DNA from: an uncultured Bacilli bacterium
GTDB taxonomy: Bacteria; Bacillota_I; Bacilli_A; RF39; UBA660
Direction of reading: 5' to 3'
Assembly (NCBI GenBank): GCA_944359015.1
Contig: CALVSK010000002.1
Span: 1 to 56,831, forward strand
DNA length: 56,831 bases
This document shows positions 55,242 through 56,831 of the stretch, in pieces; within the stretch, counting starts at the first letter, position 1, and the number at the start of each line of letters is the position of its first letter. A model generated the notes under the pieces. It was not told where the DNA came from, ran no database searches, and saw nothing but the letters and a program-made list of their open reading frames with translations. The translations under genes and the position numbers were made by a program.

Positions 55242-55778
55242 TTATTCGTTTACCTTTACCATGGCAACTCGAATCACTTTATCTTTATATGTATAACCTT
55301 TTTGTAAAACTTCTATTACTACATTTTGCGGTAAGTTTTCATCTTTTTCAGTTAAAACTGCTTCCATTTTTGTTGGATCAAATTCCATACCTTGACAATC
55401 TATTTCTTTTACTTCCATAGTATTTAAAATATTTAATAAACTACTATAAATTAATTTAAAACCACTTAAGAATTTAGATAATTCATCAGTTAAGTCTCTA
55501 TCATCAAGTTTTATTGCTCTTTCAAAATTATCAACTATAGATAATAAGCTAATAACTAATTTCTCTCCATCATATTTATATATTTTAGATATTTCATCTT
55601 CATATCTTCTTTTCATATTTTGCATTTCTGCTGTAACTCTTAAAAGTTTATCGTTTAATATACTTTTTTCTTCTTCTAATTTTTTTATTTTTTCATCACT
55701 TTTATTATCTTTTGGTTTAGTTGTTTTTTTCTTTTCTTTTATGCTTTTAACTTTTATTTTCTCTTCCTTAGTTTCCAT
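55242..55778 (-). CDS. grpE: Nucleotide exchange factor GrpE
   Basis: 178 aa with a Lys-rich N-terminus, a coiled coil (RVTAEMQNMKRR), a C-terminal beta domain (GYTYKDKVIRVAMV) and the expected operon position. Confidence 0.9.
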   Translation of the reverse strand: METKEEKIKVKSIKEKKKTTKPKDNKSDEKIKKLEEEKSILNDKLLRVTAEMQNMKRRYEDEISKIYKYDGEKLVISLLSIVDNFERAIKLDDRDLTDELSKFLSGFKLIYSSLLNILNTMEVKEIDCQGMEFDPTKMEAVLTEKDENLPQNVVIEVLQKGYTYKDKVIRVAMVKVNE

Positions 55779-56790
55779 TTTCTTCCTTTCTGCTATCTAA
55801 TTTTTTATCAATATAATCTAACATGCTGACTATTCTTTGATAATCCATTCTTTTGGGACCTATTACTGCTATAGTGCCTTCTTCACCATTTATATGATAT
55901 TTTTTACGAATGATAGTTACATTTGGGTCAAATTTCGATTCATCACCAATATATATCTTTATCTCATTTTCATCCCCAATATCTTTACTACTAACTTTTT
56001 CTATAAACTTTACATCATCTAATTTGTTAGCTAATCTTTTTAATTCTGTTATATCGTTATATTCTGGCTGTTCAAATAATTTTGTTCTACCAGATATATG
56101 GATATTACTATTATTATTAACAAAGTCATTAAATGCACTGTAAAATATATTATACACTGTTTCATACTGGTGAATTTGTTTTTTAATAATTGGTTTTACA
56201 TCTAATTCCAATCTTCTACTAACTTCATTAATTGGTGTTCCAACTAACATTTTATTAATTATTTCACTTGTTTTTATTATTTCATTTATGTTAATTGTGC
56301 TTGGAATCGTAAATGCCTTGTTTTCTACTATTCCCTTATCCGTGCATACTATAGCAACTAATTCTTTTTCTGATATTGCAATAATATTTACTTGTAATAA
56401 TGCATTATCAGAACTATTTTTTCCTAAAACTACACTAGTATAGTTGGTTATGTCGCTAATTATTTCCATACATTTTGTTATTGCATCACTTAACTTTAAT
56501 TCGTGATTTGCAAATATCTTTTGCAATTTTAACATATCACTTCCAGTTATTTTTTCTGCTTCCATTAAATTCTCAACATAATACCGATACCCTTTTTCAC
56601 TGGGAACTCTGCCCGATGATATGTGGTTTTTTTCAATGTAGCCTAGTTCTTCTAGATTCGCCATCTCGTTTCTTATCGTTGCACTAGAACAATCAAATTG
56701 ACAACATAATGCTTTGGACCCAACTGGTTTAGCAGTTTTAATATAAGTTTCAACAATCTCTTTTAATAGATTATTTCTTCTTTCATCCAT
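55768..56790 (-). CDS. hrcA: Heat-inducible transcription repressor HrcA
   Basis: 340 aa beginning with the winged helix MDERRNNLLKEIVETYIKTAKPVGSK...SSATIRNEMANLEELGYIEK.HISSGRVPS. Confidence 0.92.
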   Translation of the reverse strand: MDERRNNLLKEIVETYIKTAKPVGSKALCCQFDCSSATIRNEMANLEELGYIEKNHISSGRVPSEKGYRYYVENLMEAEKITGSDMLKLQKIFANHELKLSDAITKCMEIISDITNYTSVVLGKNSSDNALLQVNIIAISEKELVAIVCTDKGIVENKAFTIPSTININEIIKTSEIINKMLVGTPINEVSRRLELDVKPIIKKQIHQYETVYNIFYSAFNDFVNNNSNIHISGRTKLFEQPEYNDITELKRLANKLDDVKFIEKVSSKDIGDENEIKIYIGDESKFDPNVTIIRKKYHINGEEGTIAVIGPKRMDYQRIVSMLDYIDKKLDSRKEENGN

Positions 56791-56802
56791 ATCCTTACCT
56801 CA

Positions 56803-56829
56803 TTGGCACTTGTTTTATCTAAGTGCTAA
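56803..56829 (-). promoter_or_regulatory. CIRCE operator (HrcA binding site)
   Basis: The minus strand reads TTAGCACTT-N9-AAGTGCCAA, against the consensus TTAGCACTC-N9-GAGTGCTAA. It lies 13 nt upstream of the hrcA start. Confidence 0.88.
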
Positions 56830-56831
56830 TT

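Overview
This is a 56.8-kb, very AT-rich chromosomal segment of a low-GC Bacillota-type bacterium that uses the standard genetic code. Almost all genes lie on the minus strand. Most are housekeeping genes in Bacillus-like order: tig, greA, a U32 pair plus a YrrM-like methyltransferase, mltG, DUF1292, ruvX and ireB; then tgt, lon, mutS, ppdK, ruvA, obg and trmB; then rplU-prp-rpmA, SpoIVFB/FA-like genes, mreD, mreC, recD2 and mtaB; and hrcA-grpE-dnaK-pepF-dnaJ behind a CIRCE operator. Two tRNAs are present. Three pieces of accessory content stand out. (1) Two of four paralogous membrane-anchored surface proteins (13974-15404 and 36560-38020) carry a GC-rich hypervariable patch of NNC codons just before a conserved C-terminal tail. 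The patch is followed by an invariant GC-rich 21-mer and a conserved GC-hairpin module. This is the signature of a diversity-generating-retroelement (DGR) variable region, yet no reverse transcriptase or template repeat is in the window. (2) A 3.5-kb integrative element splits a ZIP-family (zupT/gufA-like) metal transporter gene exactly in its HNIPEG motif. It is bounded by ATACCAGA(T/A)GGTAT cores and carries a large serine recombinase plus a repeat-rich membrane protein. Precise excision would restore the reading frame. (3) An orphan, translationally coupled two-gene cassette (707-aa unknown protein plus a 69-aa cold-shock-domain-like protein) sits next to the tRNA pair behind a long inverted-repeat leader. 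Other orphans include 346-aa and 139-aa proteins, a GIY-YIG protein, a thioester-domain adhesin and a lone prepilin. I saw no CRISPR array, prophage or rRNA. All functional calls rest on motif recognition by eye and were not checked against any database.
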